A stretch of 64,000 bases of DNA from Yuukianura sp. NJ FZ-2021 (taxonomy: Eukaryota), in assembly GCA_046563655.1 (NCBI GenBank), contig CM102285.1, forward strand, positions 5,580,001 through 5,644,000, read 5' to 3'. Shown here in pieces: positions 21,901 to 36,700 of this stretch (the stretch's first letter is position 1; the number at the start of each line of letters is the position of its first letter). The notes under the pieces are model-generated. The model had not been told where the DNA came from. It did no database searches and saw nothing but the letters and a program-made list of their open reading frames with translations. The position numbers and the translations under genes are program-made.

Positions 21901-24900
21901 CGTTAAGTTTCCCCCAGAAACTGAAGAATAAACAGAATGTTATTTTTTCGGGTGTCTACTTTTTATTGCCCATCACTGTATAAGTTCTCCTGCTGCGTAA
22001 AATATTGGGTATGGCATTCGTAAAATATTGGGTATGGTATGCGAACGCTTTACGATGTCACTGTACGAAAATATTTTTAAGTACAATGAGTCAAACGCGT
22101 GGCACAAAAATCTCAAAATTTTCAAGGCTTTTATATAAGTTCCCCTGCTGCGTAAAATATTGGGTATGGTATGCGAACGCTTTACGATGTCGTTGTGCGA
22201 AAATATTTTTAACTACAATGATTCCAAGGCGTGGCACAAAAATCTAAAAGTTTCGAAGGCTTTTATACAGTGAGGGGCAATAAAAAGTAGACACCCGGAA
22301 GTTGTTGCTACTGGCAGCAAGGCAAACTGTCGTACATACTGGGGGGAAGTTCTTGTCAAACTCAATCACAATTTTGTTTCAATGGCAATCTTGAGTTCAA
22401 AAGTTTTTTCGTGCAATTTGTCGTTAAGTTTCCCCGAAACTGAAGAATAAACAGAATGTTATTTTTTCGGGTGTCTACTTTTTATTGCCCATCACTGTAT
22501 AAGTTCTCCTGCTGCGTAAAATATTGGGTATGGTATGCGTAAAATATTGGGTATGGTACGCGAACGCTTTACGATGTCACTGTACGAAAATATTTTTAAG
22601 TACAATGAGTCAAACGCGTGGCACAAAAATCTCAAAATTTTCAAGGCTTTTACATAAGTTCCCCTGCTGCGTAAAATATTGGGTATGGTATGCGAACGCT
22701 TTACGATGTCGTTGTGCGAAAATATTTTTAACTACAATGATTCCAACGCGTGGCACAAAAATCTAAAAGTTTTGAAGGCTTTTATATAGTGAGGGCAATA
22801 AAAAGTAGACACCCGGAAGTTGTTGCTACCGGCAACAAAGCAAACTGTCGTACATACTGGGGGGAAGTTTTTGTCAAACTCAATCACAATTTTGTTTCAA
22901 TGGCAATCTTGAGTTCAAAAGTTTTTTCGTGCAATTTGTCGTTAAGTTTCCCCAAGAAACTGAAGAATAAACAGAATGTTATTTTTTCGGGTGTCTACTT
23001 TTTATTGCCCATCACTGTATAAGTTCTCCTGCTGCGTAAAATATTGGGTGTGGTATGCGTAAAATATTGGGTATGGTATGCGAACGCTTAACGATGTCAC
23101 TGTACGAAAATATTTTTAAGTACAATGCTTCCAACGCGTGGCACAAAAGTCTAAAAGCTTTGAAAGCTTTTATATAAGTTCTCCTGCTGCGTAAAATATT
23201 GGGTATGGTATGCGAACGCTTTACGATGTCGTTGTGCGAAAATATTTTTAACTACAATGATTCCAAGGCGTGGCACAAAAATCTAAAAGTTTCGAAGGCT
23301 TTTATACAGTGAGGGGCAATAAAAAGTAGACACCCGGAAGTTGTTGCTACTGGCAGCAAGGCAAACTGTCGTACATACTGGGGGGAAGTTCTTGTCAAAC
23401 TCAATCACAATTTTGTTTCAATGGCAATCTTGAGTTCAAAAGTTTTTTTCGTGCAATTTGTCGTTAAGTTTCCCCGAAACTGAAGAATAAACAGAATGTT
23501 ATTTTTTCGGGTGTCTACTTTTTATTGCCCATCACTGTGTAAGTTCTCCTGCTGCGTAAAATATTGGGTATGGTATGCGTAAAATATTGGGTATGGTACG
23601 CGAACGCTTTACGATGTCACTGTACGAAAATATTTTTAAGTACAATGAGTCAAACGCGTGGCACAAAAATCTCAAAATTTTCAAGGCTTTTACATAAGTT
23701 CCCCTGCTGCGTAAAATATTGGGTATGGTATGCGAACGCTTTACGATGTCGTTGTGCGAAAATATTTTTAACTACAATGATTCCAACGCGTGGCACAAAA
23801 ATCTAAAAGTTTCGAAGGCTTTTATATAGTGAAAGGCAATAAAAAGTAGACACCCGGAAGTTGTGGCTACTGGCAACAAAGCAAACTGTCGTACATACTG
23901 ATGGGAAGTTTTTGTCAAACTCAATCACAATTTTGTTTCAATGGCAATCTTGAGTTCAAAAGTTTTTTTCGTGCAATTTGTCGTTAAGTTTCCCCCGAAA
24001 CTGAAGAATAAACAGAATGTTATTTTTTCGGGTGTCTACTTTTTATTGCCCATCACTGTATAAGTTCTCCTGCTGCGTAAAATATTGGGTATGGTATGCG
24101 TAAAGTATTGGGTATGGTACGCGAACGCTTTACGATGTCACTGTACGAAAATATTTTTAGGTACAATGCTTCCAACGCGTGGCACAAAAGTCTAAAAGCT
24201 TTGAAGGCTTTTATATAAGTTCTCCTGCTGCGTAAAATATTGGGTATGGTATGCGAACGCTTTACGATGTCGTTGTGCGAAAATATTTTTAACTACAATG
24301 ATTCCAAGGCGTGGCACAAAAATCTAAAAGTTTCGAAGGCTTTTATACAGTGAGGGGCAATAAAAAGTAGACACCCGGAAGTTGTTGCTACTGGCAACAA
24401 AGCAAACTGTCGTACATACTGGGGGGAAGTTCTTGTCAAACTCAATCACAATTTTGTTTCAATGGCAATCTTGAGTTCAAAAGTTTTTTTTCGTGCAATT
24501 TGTCGTTAAGTTTCCCCCAGAAACTGAAGAATAAACAGAATGTTATTTTTTCGGGTGTCTACTTTTTATTGCCCATCACTGTATAAGTTCTCCTGCTGCG
24601 TAAAATATTGGGTATGGCATTCGTAAAATATTGGGTATGGTATGCGAACGCTTTACGATGTCACTGTACGAAAATATTTTTAAGTACAATGATTCCAACG
24701 CGTGGCACAAAAGTCTAAAAGTTTTGAAGGCTTTTATATAAGTTCTCCTGCTGCGTAAAATATTGGGTATGGTGTGCGAACGCTTTACGATGTCGCTGTG
24801 CGAAAATATTTTTAAGTACAATGATTCCAACGCGTGGCACAAAAGTCTAAATGTTTTGAAGGCTTTTATATAAGTTCTCCTGCTGCGTAAAATATTGGGT

Positions 24901-27900
24901 ATGGTATGCGAACGCTTTACGATGTCGTTGTGCGAAAATATTTTTAACTACAATGATTCCAACGCGTGGCACAAAAATCTAAAAGTTTTGAAGGCTTTTA
25001 TATAGTGAGGGGCAATAAAAAGTAGACACCCGGAAGTTGTTGCTACTGGCAACAAAGCAAACTGTCGTACATACTGGGGAGTTTTTGTCAAACTAATTTT
25101 GTTTCAATGGCAATCTTGAGTTCAAAAGTTTTTTTTCGTGCAATTTGTCGTTAAATTTCCCCAAGAAACTGAAGAATAAACAGAATGTTATTTTTTCGGG
25201 TGTCTACTTTTTATTGCCCATCACTGTATAAGTTCTCCTGCTGCGTAAAATATTGGGTATGGTATGCGTAAAATATTGGGTATGGTACGCGAACGCTTTA
25301 CGATGTCGTTGTGCGAAAATATTTTTAACTACAATGATTCCAAGGCGTGGCACAAAAATCTAAAAGTTTTGAAGGCTTTTATATAAGTTCTCCTGCTGCG
25401 TAAAATATTGGGTATGGTATGCGAACGCTTTACGATGTCGTTGTGCGAAAATATTTTTAACTACAATGATTCCAAGGCGTGGCACAAAAATCTAAAAGTT
25501 TTGAAGGCTTTTATATAAGTTCTCCTGCTGCGTAAAATATTGGGTATGGTATGCGAACGCTTTACGATGTCGTTGTGCGAAAATATTTTTAACTACAATG
25601 ATTCCAACGCGTGGCACAAAAATCTAAAAGTTTTGAAGGCTTTTATATAGTGAGGGGCAATAAAAAGTAGACACCCGGAAGTTGTTGCTACTGGCAACAA
25701 AGCAAACTGTCGTACATACTGGGGGGGAGTTTTTGTCAAACTAATTTTGTTTCAATGGCAATCTTGAGTTCAAAAGTTTTTTTTCGTGCAATTTGTCGTT
25801 AAATTTCCCCAAGAAACTGAAGAATAAACAGAATGTTATTTTTTTCGGGTGTCTACTTTTTATTGCCCATCACTGTATAAGTTCTCCTGCTGCGTAAAAT
25901 ATTGGGTATGGCATTCGTAAAATATTGGGTATGGTATGCGAACGCTTTACGATGTCACTGTACGAAAATATTTTTAAGTACAATGAGTCAAACGCGTGGC
26001 ACAAAAATCTCAAAATTTTCAAGGCTTTTATATAAGTTCCCCTGCTGCGTAAAATATTATGTATGGTATGCGAACGCTTTACGATGTCGTTGTGCGAAAA
26101 TATTTTTAACTACAATGATTCCAAGGCGTGGCACAAAAATCTAAAAGTTTCGAAGGCTGTTATACAGTGAGGGGCAATAAAAAGTAGACACCCGGAAGTT
26201 GTTGCTACTGGCAGCAAGGCAAACTGTCGTACATACTGGGGGGAAGTTCTTGTCAAACTCAATCACAATTTTGTTTCAATGGCAATCTTGAGTTCAAAAG
26301 TTTTTTTCGTGCAATTTGTCGTTAAGTTTCCCCCGAAACTGAAGAATAAACAGAATGTTATTTTTTCGGGTGTCTACTTTTTATTGCCCATCACTGTATA
26401 AGTTCTCCTGCTGCGTAAAATATTGGGTATGGTATGCGTAAAATATTGGGTATGGTACGCGAACGCTTTACGATGTCACTGTACGAAAATATTTTTAAGT
26501 ACAATGAGTCAAACGCGTGGCACAAAAATCTCAAAATTTTCAAGGCTTTTATATAAGTTCCCCTGCTGCGTAAAATATTGGGTATGGTATGCGAACGCTT
26601 TACGATGTCGTTGTGCGAAAATATTTTTAAGTACAATGATTCCAACGCGTGGCACAAAAGTCTAAATGTTTTGAAGGCTTTTATATAAGTTCTCCTGCTG
26701 CGTAAAATATTGGGTATGGTATGCGAACGCTTTACGATGTCGTTGTGCGAAAATATTTTTAACTACAATGATTCCAAGGCGTGGCACAAAAATCTAAAAG
26801 TTTCGAAGGCTTTTATACAGTGAGGGGCAATAAAAAGTAGACACCCGGAAGTTGTTGCTACTGGCAGCAAGGCAAACTGTCGTACATACTGGGGGGAAGT
26901 TCTTGTCAAACTCAATCACAATTTTGTTTCAATGGCAATCTTGAGTTCAAAAGTTTTTTTTCGTGCAATTTGTCGTTAAGTTTCCCCAAGAAACTGAAGA
27001 ATAAACAGAATGTTATTTTTTCGGGTGTCTACTTTTTATTGCCCATCACTGTATAAGTTCTCCTGCTGCGTAAAATATTGGGTGTGGTATGCGTAAAATA
27101 TTGGGTATGGTATGCGAACGCTTTACGATGTCACTGTACGAAAATATTTTTAAGTACAATGCTTCCAACGCGTGGCACAAAAGTCTAAAAGCTTTGAAGG
27201 CTTTTATATAAGTTCTCCTGCTGCGTAAAATATTGGGTATGGTATGCGAACGCTTTACGATGTCACTGTACGAAAACATTTTTAAGTACAATGAGTCAAA
27301 CGCGTGGCACAAAAATCTCAAAATTTTCAAGGCTTTTATATAAGTTCCCCTGCTGCGTAAAATATTGGGTATGGTATGCGAACGCTTTACGATGTCGTTG
27401 TGCGAAAATATTTTTAACTACAATGATTCCAACGCGTGGCACAAAAATCTAAAAGTTTCGAAGGCTTTTATACAGTGAGGGGCAATAAAAAGTAGACACC
27501 CGGAAGTTGTTGCCACTGGCAGCAAGGCAAACTGTCGTACATACTGGGGGGAAGTTCTTGTCAAACTCAATCACAATTTTGTTTCAATGGCAATCTTGAG
27601 TTCAAAAGTTTTTTTTCGTGCAATTTGTCGTTAAGTTTCCCCCAGAAACTGAAGAATAAACAGAATGTTATTTTTTCGGGTGTCTACTTTTTATTGCCCA
27701 TCACTGTATAAGTTCTCCTGCGTCGTAAAATATTGGGTATGGCATGCGTAAAATATTGGGTATGGTATGCGAACGCTTTACGATGTCACTGTACGAAAAC
27801 ATTTTTAAGTACAATGAGTCAAACGCGCGGCACAAAAATCTCAAAATTTTCAAGGCTTTTATATAAGTTCCCCTGCTGCGTAAAATATTGGGTATGGTAT

Positions 27901-30900
27901 GCGAACGCTTTACGATGTCGTTGTGCGAAAATATTTTTAACTACAATGATTCCAACGCGCGGCACAAAAATCTAAAAGTTTCGAAGGCTTTTATATAGTG
28001 AAAGGCAATAAAAAGTAGACACCCGGAAGTTGTGGCTACTGGCAACAAAGCAAACTGTCGTACATACTGATGGGAAGTTTTTGTCAAACTCAATCACAAT
28101 TTTGTTTCAATGGCAATCTTGAGTTCAAAAGTTTTTTTCGTGCAATTTGTCGTTAAGTTTCCCCGAAACTGAAGAATAAACAGAATGTTATTTTTTCGGG
28201 TGTCTACTTTTTATTGCCCATCACTGTATAAGTTCTCCTGCTGCGTAAAATATTGGGTATGGTATGCGTAAAATATTGGGTATAGTACGCGAACGCTTTA
28301 CGATGTCACTGTACGAAAATATTTTTAAGTACAATGCTTCCAACGCGTGGCACAAAAGTCTAAAAGCTTTGAAGGCTTTTATATAAGTTCTCCTGCTGCG
28401 TAAAATATTGGGTATGGTATGCGAACGCTTTACGATGTCGTTGTGCGAAAATATTTTTAACTACAATGATTCCAAGGCGTGGCACAAAAATCTAAAAGTT
28501 TCGAAGGCTTTTATACAGTGAGGGGCAATAAAAAGTAGACACCCGGAAGTTGTTGCTACTGGCAACAAAGCAAACTGTCGTACATACTGGGGGGAAGTTC
28601 TTGTCAAACTCAATCACAATTTTGTTTCAATGGCAATCTTGAGTTCAAAAGTTTTTTTTCGTGCAATTTGTCGTTAAGTTTCCCCCAGAAACTGAAGAAT
28701 AAACAGAATGTTATTTTTTCGGGTGTCTACTTTTTATTGCCCATCACTGTATAAGTTCTCCTGCTGCGTAAAATATTGGGTATGGCATGCGTAAAATATT
28801 GGGTATGGTATGCGAACGCTTTACGATGTCACTGTACGAAAACATTTTTAGTAAGTACAATGAGTCAAACGCGTGGCACAAAAATCTCAAAATTTTCAAG
28901 GCTTTTATATAAGTTCCCCTGCTGCGTAAAATATTGGGTATGGTATGCGAACGCTTTACGATGTCGTTGTGCGAAAATATTTTTAACTACAATGATTCCA
29001 ACGCGTGGCACAAAAATCTAAAAGTTTCGAAGGCTTTTATACAGTGAGGGGCAATAAAAAGTAGACACCCGGAAGTTGTTGCTACTGGCAACAAAGCAAA
29101 CTGTCGTACATACTGGGGGGAAGTTCTTGTCAAACTCAATCACAATTTTGTTTCAATGGCAATCTTGAGTTCAAAAGTTTTTTTTCGTGCAATTTATCGT
29201 TAAGTTTCCCCCAGAAACTGAAGAATAAACAGAATGTTATTTTTTCGGGTGTCTACTTTTTATTGCCCATCACTGTATAAGTTCTCCTGCGTCGTAAAAT
29301 ATTGGGTATGGCATGCGTAAAATATTGGGTATGGTATGCGAACGCTTTACGATGTCACTGTACGAAAACATTTTTAAGTACAATGAGTCAAACGCGTGGC
29401 ACAAAAGTCTAAAAGCTTTGAAGGCTTTTATATAAGTTCTCCTGCTGCGTAAAATATTGGGTATGGTATGCGAACGCTTTACGATGTCGTTGTGCGAAAA
29501 TATTTTTAACTACAATGATTCCAAGGCGTGGCACAAAAATCTAAAAGTTTCGAAGGCTTTTATACAGTGAGGGGCAATAAAAAGTAGACACCCGGAAGTT
29601 GTTGCTACTGGCAACAAAGCAAACTGTCGTACATACTGGGGGGAAGATCTTGTCAAACTCAATCACAATTTTGTTTCAATGGCAATCTTGAGTTCAAAAG
29701 TTTTTTTTCGTGCAATTTGTCGTTAAGTTTCCCCCAGAAACTGAAGAATAAACTGAATGTTATTTTTTCGGGTGTCTACTTTTTATTGCCCATCACTGTA
29801 TAAGTTCTCCTGCTGCGTAAAATATTGGGTATGGCATGCGTAAAATATTGGGTATGGTATGCGAACGCTTTACGATGTCACTGTACGAAAACATTTTTAA
29901 GTACAATGAGTCAAACGCGTGGCACAAAAATCTCAAAATTTTCAAGGCTTTTATATAAGTTCCCCTGCTGCGTAAAATATTGGGTATGGTATGCGAACGC
30001 TTTACGATGTCGTTGTGCGAAAATATTTTTAACTACAATGATTCCAACGCGTGGCACAAAAATCTAAAAGTTTCGAAGGCTTTTATACAGTGAGGGGCAA
30101 TAAAAAGTAGACACCCGGAAGTTGTTGCTACTGGCAACAAAGCAAACTGTCGTACATACTGGGGGGAAGTTCTTGTCAAACTCAATCACAATTTTGTTTC
30201 AATGGCAATCTTGAGTTCAAAAGTTTTTTTTCGTGCAATTTGTCGTTAAGTTTCCCCCAGAAACTGAAGAATAAACAGAATGTTATTTTTTCGGGTGTCT
30301 ACTTTTTATTGCCCATCACTGTATAAGTTCTCCTGCTGCGTAAAATATTGGGTATGGCATGCGTAAAATATTGGGTATGGTATGCGAACGCTTTACGATG
30401 TCACTGTACGAAAACATTTTTAAGTACAATGAGTCAAACGCGTGGCACAAAAGTCTAAAAGCTTTGAAGGCTTTTATATAAGTTCTCCTGCTGCGTAAAA
30501 TATTGGGTATGGTATGCGAACGCTTTACGATGTCGTTGTGCGAAAATATTTTTAACTACAATGATTCCAAGGCGTGGCACAAAAATCTAAAAGTTTCGAA
30601 GGCTTTTATACAGTGAGGGGCAATAAAAAGTAGACACCCGGAAGTTGTTGCTACTGGCAACAAAGCAAACTGTCGTACATACTGGGGGGAAGATCTTGTC
30701 AAACTCAATCACAATTTTGTTTCAATGGCAATCTTGAGTTCAAAAGTTTTTTTTCGTGCAATTTGTCGTTAAGTTTCCCCCAGAAACTGAAGAATAAACT
30801 GAATGTTATTTTTTCGGGTGTCTACTTTTTATTGCCCATCACTGTATAAGTTCTCCTGCTGCGTAAAATATTGGGTATGGCATGCGTAAAATATTGGGTA

Positions 30901-31817
30901 TGGTATGCGAACGCTTTACGATGTCACTGTACGAAAACATTTTTAAGTACAATGAGTCAAACGCGTGGCACAAAAATCTCAAAATTTTCAAGGCTTTTAT
31001 ATAAGTTCCCCTGCTGCGTAAAATATTGGGTATGGTATGCGAACGCTTTACGATGTCGTTGTGCGAAAATATTTTTAACTACAATGATTCCAACGCGTGG
31101 CACAAAAATCTAAAAGTTTCGAAGGCTTTTATACAGTGAGGGGCAATAAAAAGTAGACACCCGGAAGTTGTTGCTACTGGCAACAAAGCAAACTGTCGTA
31201 CATACTGGGGGGAAGTTCTTGTCAAACTCAATCACAATTTTGTTTCAATGGCAATCTTGAGTTCAAAAGTTTTTTTTCGTGCAATTTGTCGTTAAGTTTC
31301 CCCCAGAAACTGAAGAATAAACAGAATGTTATTTTTTCGGGTGTCTACTTTTTATTGCCCATCACTGTATAAGTTCTCCTGCTGCGTAAAATATTGGGTA
31401 TGGCATGCGTAAAATATTGGGTATGGTATGCGAACGCTTTACGATGTCACTGTACGAAAACATTTTTAAGTACAATGAGTCAAACGCGTGGCACAAAAGT
31501 CTAAAAGCTTTGAAGGCTTTTATATAAGTTCTCCTGCTGCGTAAAATATTGGGTATGGTATGCGAACGCTTTACGATGTCGTTGTGCGAAAATATTTTTA
31601 ACTACAATGATTCCAAGGCGTGGCACAAAAATCTAAAAGTTTCGAAGGCTTTTATACAGTGAGGGGCAATAAAAAGTAGACACCCGGAAGTTGTTGCTAC
31701 TGGCAACAAAGCAAACTGTCGTACATACTGGGGGGAAGTTCTTGTCAAACTCAATCACAATTTTGTTTCAATGGCAATCTTGAGTTCAAAAGTTTTTTTT
31801 CGTGCAATTTGTCGTTA
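15928..31817. repeat. Satellite B main array; higher-order unit ~520-523 bp (MITE + 21-bp duplication + usually two 132-bp monomers)
   Basis: Recurring MITE and monomers. Repeated ORF-track artefacts are spaced 520, ~1046 and ~2628 bp apart. Confidence 0.97.
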
Positions 31818-32798
31818 TTTGTGTCGTGTTACCAACCACTAGACCATGGTGCCTCCTGTACCAAATGAAGGCTCTACAGCTTATGTTATCCCACACAAAC
31901 AAGTGTTAACCTTGCATCAACCACACTTGACAAGAGCAATGTGAGATTTGCGGTAGCCAGTAGTACTTTTAAATAGAGCGCCCGGATCCGCCCTTTCTTA
32001 GTATAGTTCGCGTTAGCCGCCGGAATCAGCGGAACATATACCGTGAAACGACGCAGCCGTTTTATAATATTTGAATATCTTAATCAACTTTCAGGTGCTG
32101 AATCCGAATCTGCAATTAGTTTTCAAGGGTCACGTCTCTTTTGTATTTTAATTAATTATTGAATTACAGGACTTTGAGTACGTTTACTAAACCTAAAATC
32201 TAACCTTTTGTTTTTAAATGAAAACATCAAAACATCAACAGTCATCGAATCGCCCTATGCAACCAAACCTTACCGTGTTATCTCGTGCGTCCTGACGTGC
32301 CAATTAACTGTAATTAAATAATTAATTAAATATGAAAGAGGCGTGACATCCGAAAACTAATTGCAAATTCGAAATCTCAAAGTTTGTTAAGTTCGATGTT
32401 CGAAGGTCGTAAAAAAGCCTGCGCCGTTTTGCGATATATAAGCCTGGTCAGCTTTTTAGAAAGGCCCCAAAATCAGCTTACTTGACAAATTGAAATTGCA
32501 CTTCATATTTTGTACTTTGCTAATGGTCATAGTCTCTGTCGCTATTCTTACTATCACTTTTAATAGACTCAACATAATCGGAGATGACTAATTATTAGTT
32601 ACAAAGGAGTTACAAAGTTCAGGTTCCGGTATGAGTAATCAGCCTTGTAGTTTTAAACTTTGGAGAATCAGTGATGTTGCATTTCGTGAACTTCGTTGGA
32701 GAAGGACTTTCAAATAAGATTGAGGCATCCCGTTTTAACGAATATTGTGTACTTGGGGTAGGCTATCGTAATTAACTTAATATATAAATCACTTATTC

Positions 32799-35459
32799 AT
32801 GGGTCCTCAACAGTATAATGTATCGCGACGTCCACAAGTTGTTCCTGAAGACATCAGCCATCAGCTAGGAAGTGTACTTCGTAGTTTTCCTAACATTACG
32901 TATGCTGTTGCTTATGGTTCGGCAGTCTTTCCTCAAAAAAACCAGAAGAAGGGACAGGTAACCATATTTTCTAGAGGTAAAAAGGGCGGGCGGATTGAAC
33001 CAACTTTAACGCACTCGAAATATTCTACTTCCGACTCTATGCCCTTCCATGTATTGAAAAGTTCCTAAGTACTTTAGCGAAACCCGACCTCAGACAACAC
33101 CGAAAATGACCCTATTAAGGTTGCTCCGGGTCAAGGGGGGAATATTTTTTTGTCCTATAAAGTATGACCTTGTAACACTTCCCTGAGGTCACGGGTTATT
33201 ACCGTTGTTTTTAGGCCGACTTTGTGCCCCCTGGGAAAGGTCACGTGGTCAGACTTTATAGAAAAAAACAGGTTCCCCCACGGCAGGTGGGCCATTTGCT
33301 CCAAAAGTCTGGCCAAAACCCGGTTTCTTAATTCTGACCCATATTAAGTCAGAAGTTACTTGCTTGTATGAAATTCAAACGTGGTAAATTTCATTCGCCT
33401 GGGTCAACCGCTTGTTGACCCCGGGGTCAAAGGTCACAGTATGATGACATGATGACCCCATGCAAGTGATATGCCGTTGGAACGGGCTTGACCTACTGAT
33501 TCAGAAAATGTATACATGTTGATATTTCTGACCTACTGTTTGACCTCTAGACCCCAGCAAGTGTTGAGGTCATTCGTGTTATGACCCCTGTAGGTCAAAC
33601 AGTTGGTCAGACATATCAACATGTATACATTTTCTGCATCAGGAGTTCAAACCCGTTCCAACCGCAAATCACTTGCATGGGGTCATCATGTGATCATATG
33701 GTGACCTTTGACCCCACGTATCCCCTGACTTGTACAGCGGGGGCACCTGGTGGCAGCAGGAAAGACACTCCTCGTCCTGTAGAATGATAAATCAAAAAGA
33801 CCTTCGGTATGGGACAAAGGGATGGACGGGGATGGCTTACCAAATATAGTCCCGTATACTACAACGTACGTGCCCACTTTCCGTCGGCATAACTTTTTTT
33901 AAGGTTGACCAAATAACCCAAAACTTTGCTATGTTGTTGCCCATGATAATGCTAACTTTTCATGAAAAAATGGGTGCGAATTATGACTTCCGGTTTTGGC
34001 CACGAAAAAGTCAATTATGGCCCACCGTGCACGGCTGAAGCTATGCTTCGGAGAACATACAGCTGCCTTGAGATGGGTATCTGGTGGAGGAGCTGTGTAT
34101 AACTAGTTGTCCCTGCTCTGTGAAGAGAGGGAACCACTGGGCCGTTTTTGTGCAAAAAAAAACATTCTGTCAGGTTTCCACTTTCCCCTCCTCGAGTGCG
34201 GAGCCAAGCCTATGTTCTGGCATCGTGCGAGGGGAGGAAAGTGGAAACCTGACAGAATGTTTTTTTTACAACTAACCTAGTGATCGATTAGGTATAAAAT
34301 AAATCTATCATTAGTACTTACGAAGAAAAAATAACGTTTTCTCATGCGGTCTTTATTGCCCTTGTTTTATTACTACGGCAGTTACTTATTATTTCCTCAA
34401 CTAAATTATCTAACTTTTATAAACAGATGATTGACCTCATTTTTGTTGTTGACAATCCGCCGGAATGGCATGCCGCAAATTTACAACAAAATCCAGCACA
34501 CTACTCATTCTTGAAGTATATGGGACCGAAAACGATTGCTTCTATACAAGAGAATTTTGGTTGTGGCGTGTACTACAACACTTTCGCCAATATCGATAAT
34601 AAGGTCAAAATTCTTGTGACAGATGGTTTAATTAAAGGTCGTTGTTTAATAGGCATTATCTTTCGAAACAGATACTTAAATATGGAATAATAAGCACAGA
34701 CTGCCTACTGGATGATTTGATGAACTGGACACATGCATATATTCCAGGCAGACTTCACAAACCAGTACTGGAGCTTTGTCAAAATAATAATACAGATCTA
34801 GCGAAGTCCATACAATTGAATCACGAACATGCGCTAAGAACAAGTCTACTTCAGTTACCTAATACGTCGACCAAGTTTGAACTCTATTACGCGATAACAG
34901 AGCTCTCTTACATCGGTGATTCACGCATGAGTAAGGCACTTGCCCTAATTTGTGCACACCATTGCAAATTAATTTGCCACCTAACTTATGCTCGTTTGTA
35001 TTAGTAATGGGAGAACATCCAAATAAGGTCTACAACATCGTTGCCTCCAACGTGTCGGCTTTTGATAAAATTTATCTACCTTTAATCCGTTCCAAGATGA
35101 GTCAATATGTCTACCTCAAGCCAGATGACCAGATAATTCAAGACAAGAGCGTAGGATCTGTTACCGAACACCTACGAAGCCTCCCTTCAAATCTTCAGCA
35201 GCACATTGCGCACAAATACAAAGGGTGGGGAGTACTCTCCGTCGGTGTTTTCTTGGCCGATGATGATCTTTGCCTTATTATGTCAGAGCTGGCATCCGAC
35301 TCAACCGTCAACATTCCGAAGATTATCCGAGAAGCGATCGGACAATTAGTTTGGATATCAAGTCTCAGACAAACTGTCACTGGTTTTTTGAGTACAGGTG
35401 TATTTGGATCGCTGAAGTACGCTTTTGAAAAATTCAGAAAAGCGTTATTTTCGGGCTGA
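32799..35459 (+). CDS. TAMM41: Mitochondrial phosphatidate cytidylyltransferase Tam41; exons 32799-32957, 34427-34603, 34672-34930, 35005-35459
   Basis: AYGSAVFPQ, MIDLIFVVDN, N..HYSFL, VYYN, LKYG, GRLHKPV, LSY.GD.RM and GE.PNKV.NIV motifs; GT-AG introns in phase. Confidence 0.93.
33284..34029. mobile_element. Transib-like MITE in TAMM41 intron 1
   Basis: Ends caggtgggccat / atggcccaccgtg; CACGG duplicated at 33279-33283 and 34030-34034; internal ~130-bp inverted repeat. Confidence 0.62.
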
Positions 35460-36700
35460 GACGAGAAGAATTTCCAAGCAACGAGCATTTCGTATTTTGA
35501 TCATACTTTTAGTAATGTGCTATCTTTATGTCATCCTAACGCTTATGTATAGTATTTACGATATATAAACACAAAAAGTAGAGAACTTAAACTCACTGAG
35601 TATTCCACAAATGGTTTACGTACATTATTCGACAATCAAAATCAACCCACACACACTTAAAAAACATTTTGAACAAGTTTAGACTCATGTTGCTGGATAT
35701 CCACTATTTCGACATTTCATTCACAGTTGGATATGCAGTGGAAGAAAGGGATGATTGAAGGGTTTGAATTATTTGAAAACTATATCAACTGAAAAAAATT
35801 AAGGTGTAGTATAAAAAATTATACAAAGTAAAAGAAAAACAAACAAAATTGTGCTCAAACTCAAGTAGTTCGTTAATCTAAACAATGCTAGAAAAACGTT
35901 TTTTAATTATTTGTAATTTCTGATTTGAATTACCTATGTAGATTTTCACGCAGACATTATAATTCCGTCCATCCACCATCCAATAGGCGTGCGTTTCTTC
36001 CAGTGGATATACAGTTAAAGTTGGAATTAAGCCACTGGCCTTTTAAACATCCAGCAAAGCAACACTGTTTGTAACCTACACTTTTACGCTAATGTAACCT
36101 CTGTATTACCACTTACGAAAAAATTTGTGATATTACTACTTGGGTTCCATTCCAATAGTACAAATAGAATTGGTTATAAAAAAAAAATTGGTTACAGAAT
36201 TAGTTTTAAGCAACGCAACTAAACAAAAGGACCTCTTTCCAAGGTAGTCTCACGACCGGTTTTTCAATTTGTTCAGAAAATGTTTTTGAAACTGAAACAG
36301 AAAATGTTGGGAATATTAGCCGGTATTCAAGCAGACGAGAATTTTATAAAGATACATGTAAAGGTTCGGTGAAATAACGATGATATTTTACTTGTAACCA
36401 GTGTTCAGTATTTGGCGCAAAATCGGCAATTTGCCGTTGAGTTGTACTTAATTCTTTTAATCCATTTAACGATCCTCGCCAATCGAAACTAACGGCAGGT
36501 CCAATGACTGGTTACACTGGGTGGTTACAATGCATACATTTACTCCTTGCCTATGCATGAGGAATTGTCCTACAATTGGAAGAAGGAAAACGTTGGCAGA
36601 GAAAAGTTAGGTGAAAATGTTTCACAAAAAATTGAAAAACTGCTTGTGAGACAACTTCAGAAAGCGCATGTGTATTTTTGTGTAGTTATGTTGGGTTTAA

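Noticed and set aside
15928..31817. CRISPR-like array or repeated MGMxxVKYWVWY ORFs
   Set aside because: There are no unique spacers and no cas genes; the whole unit is tandemly repeated in eukaryotic DNA.
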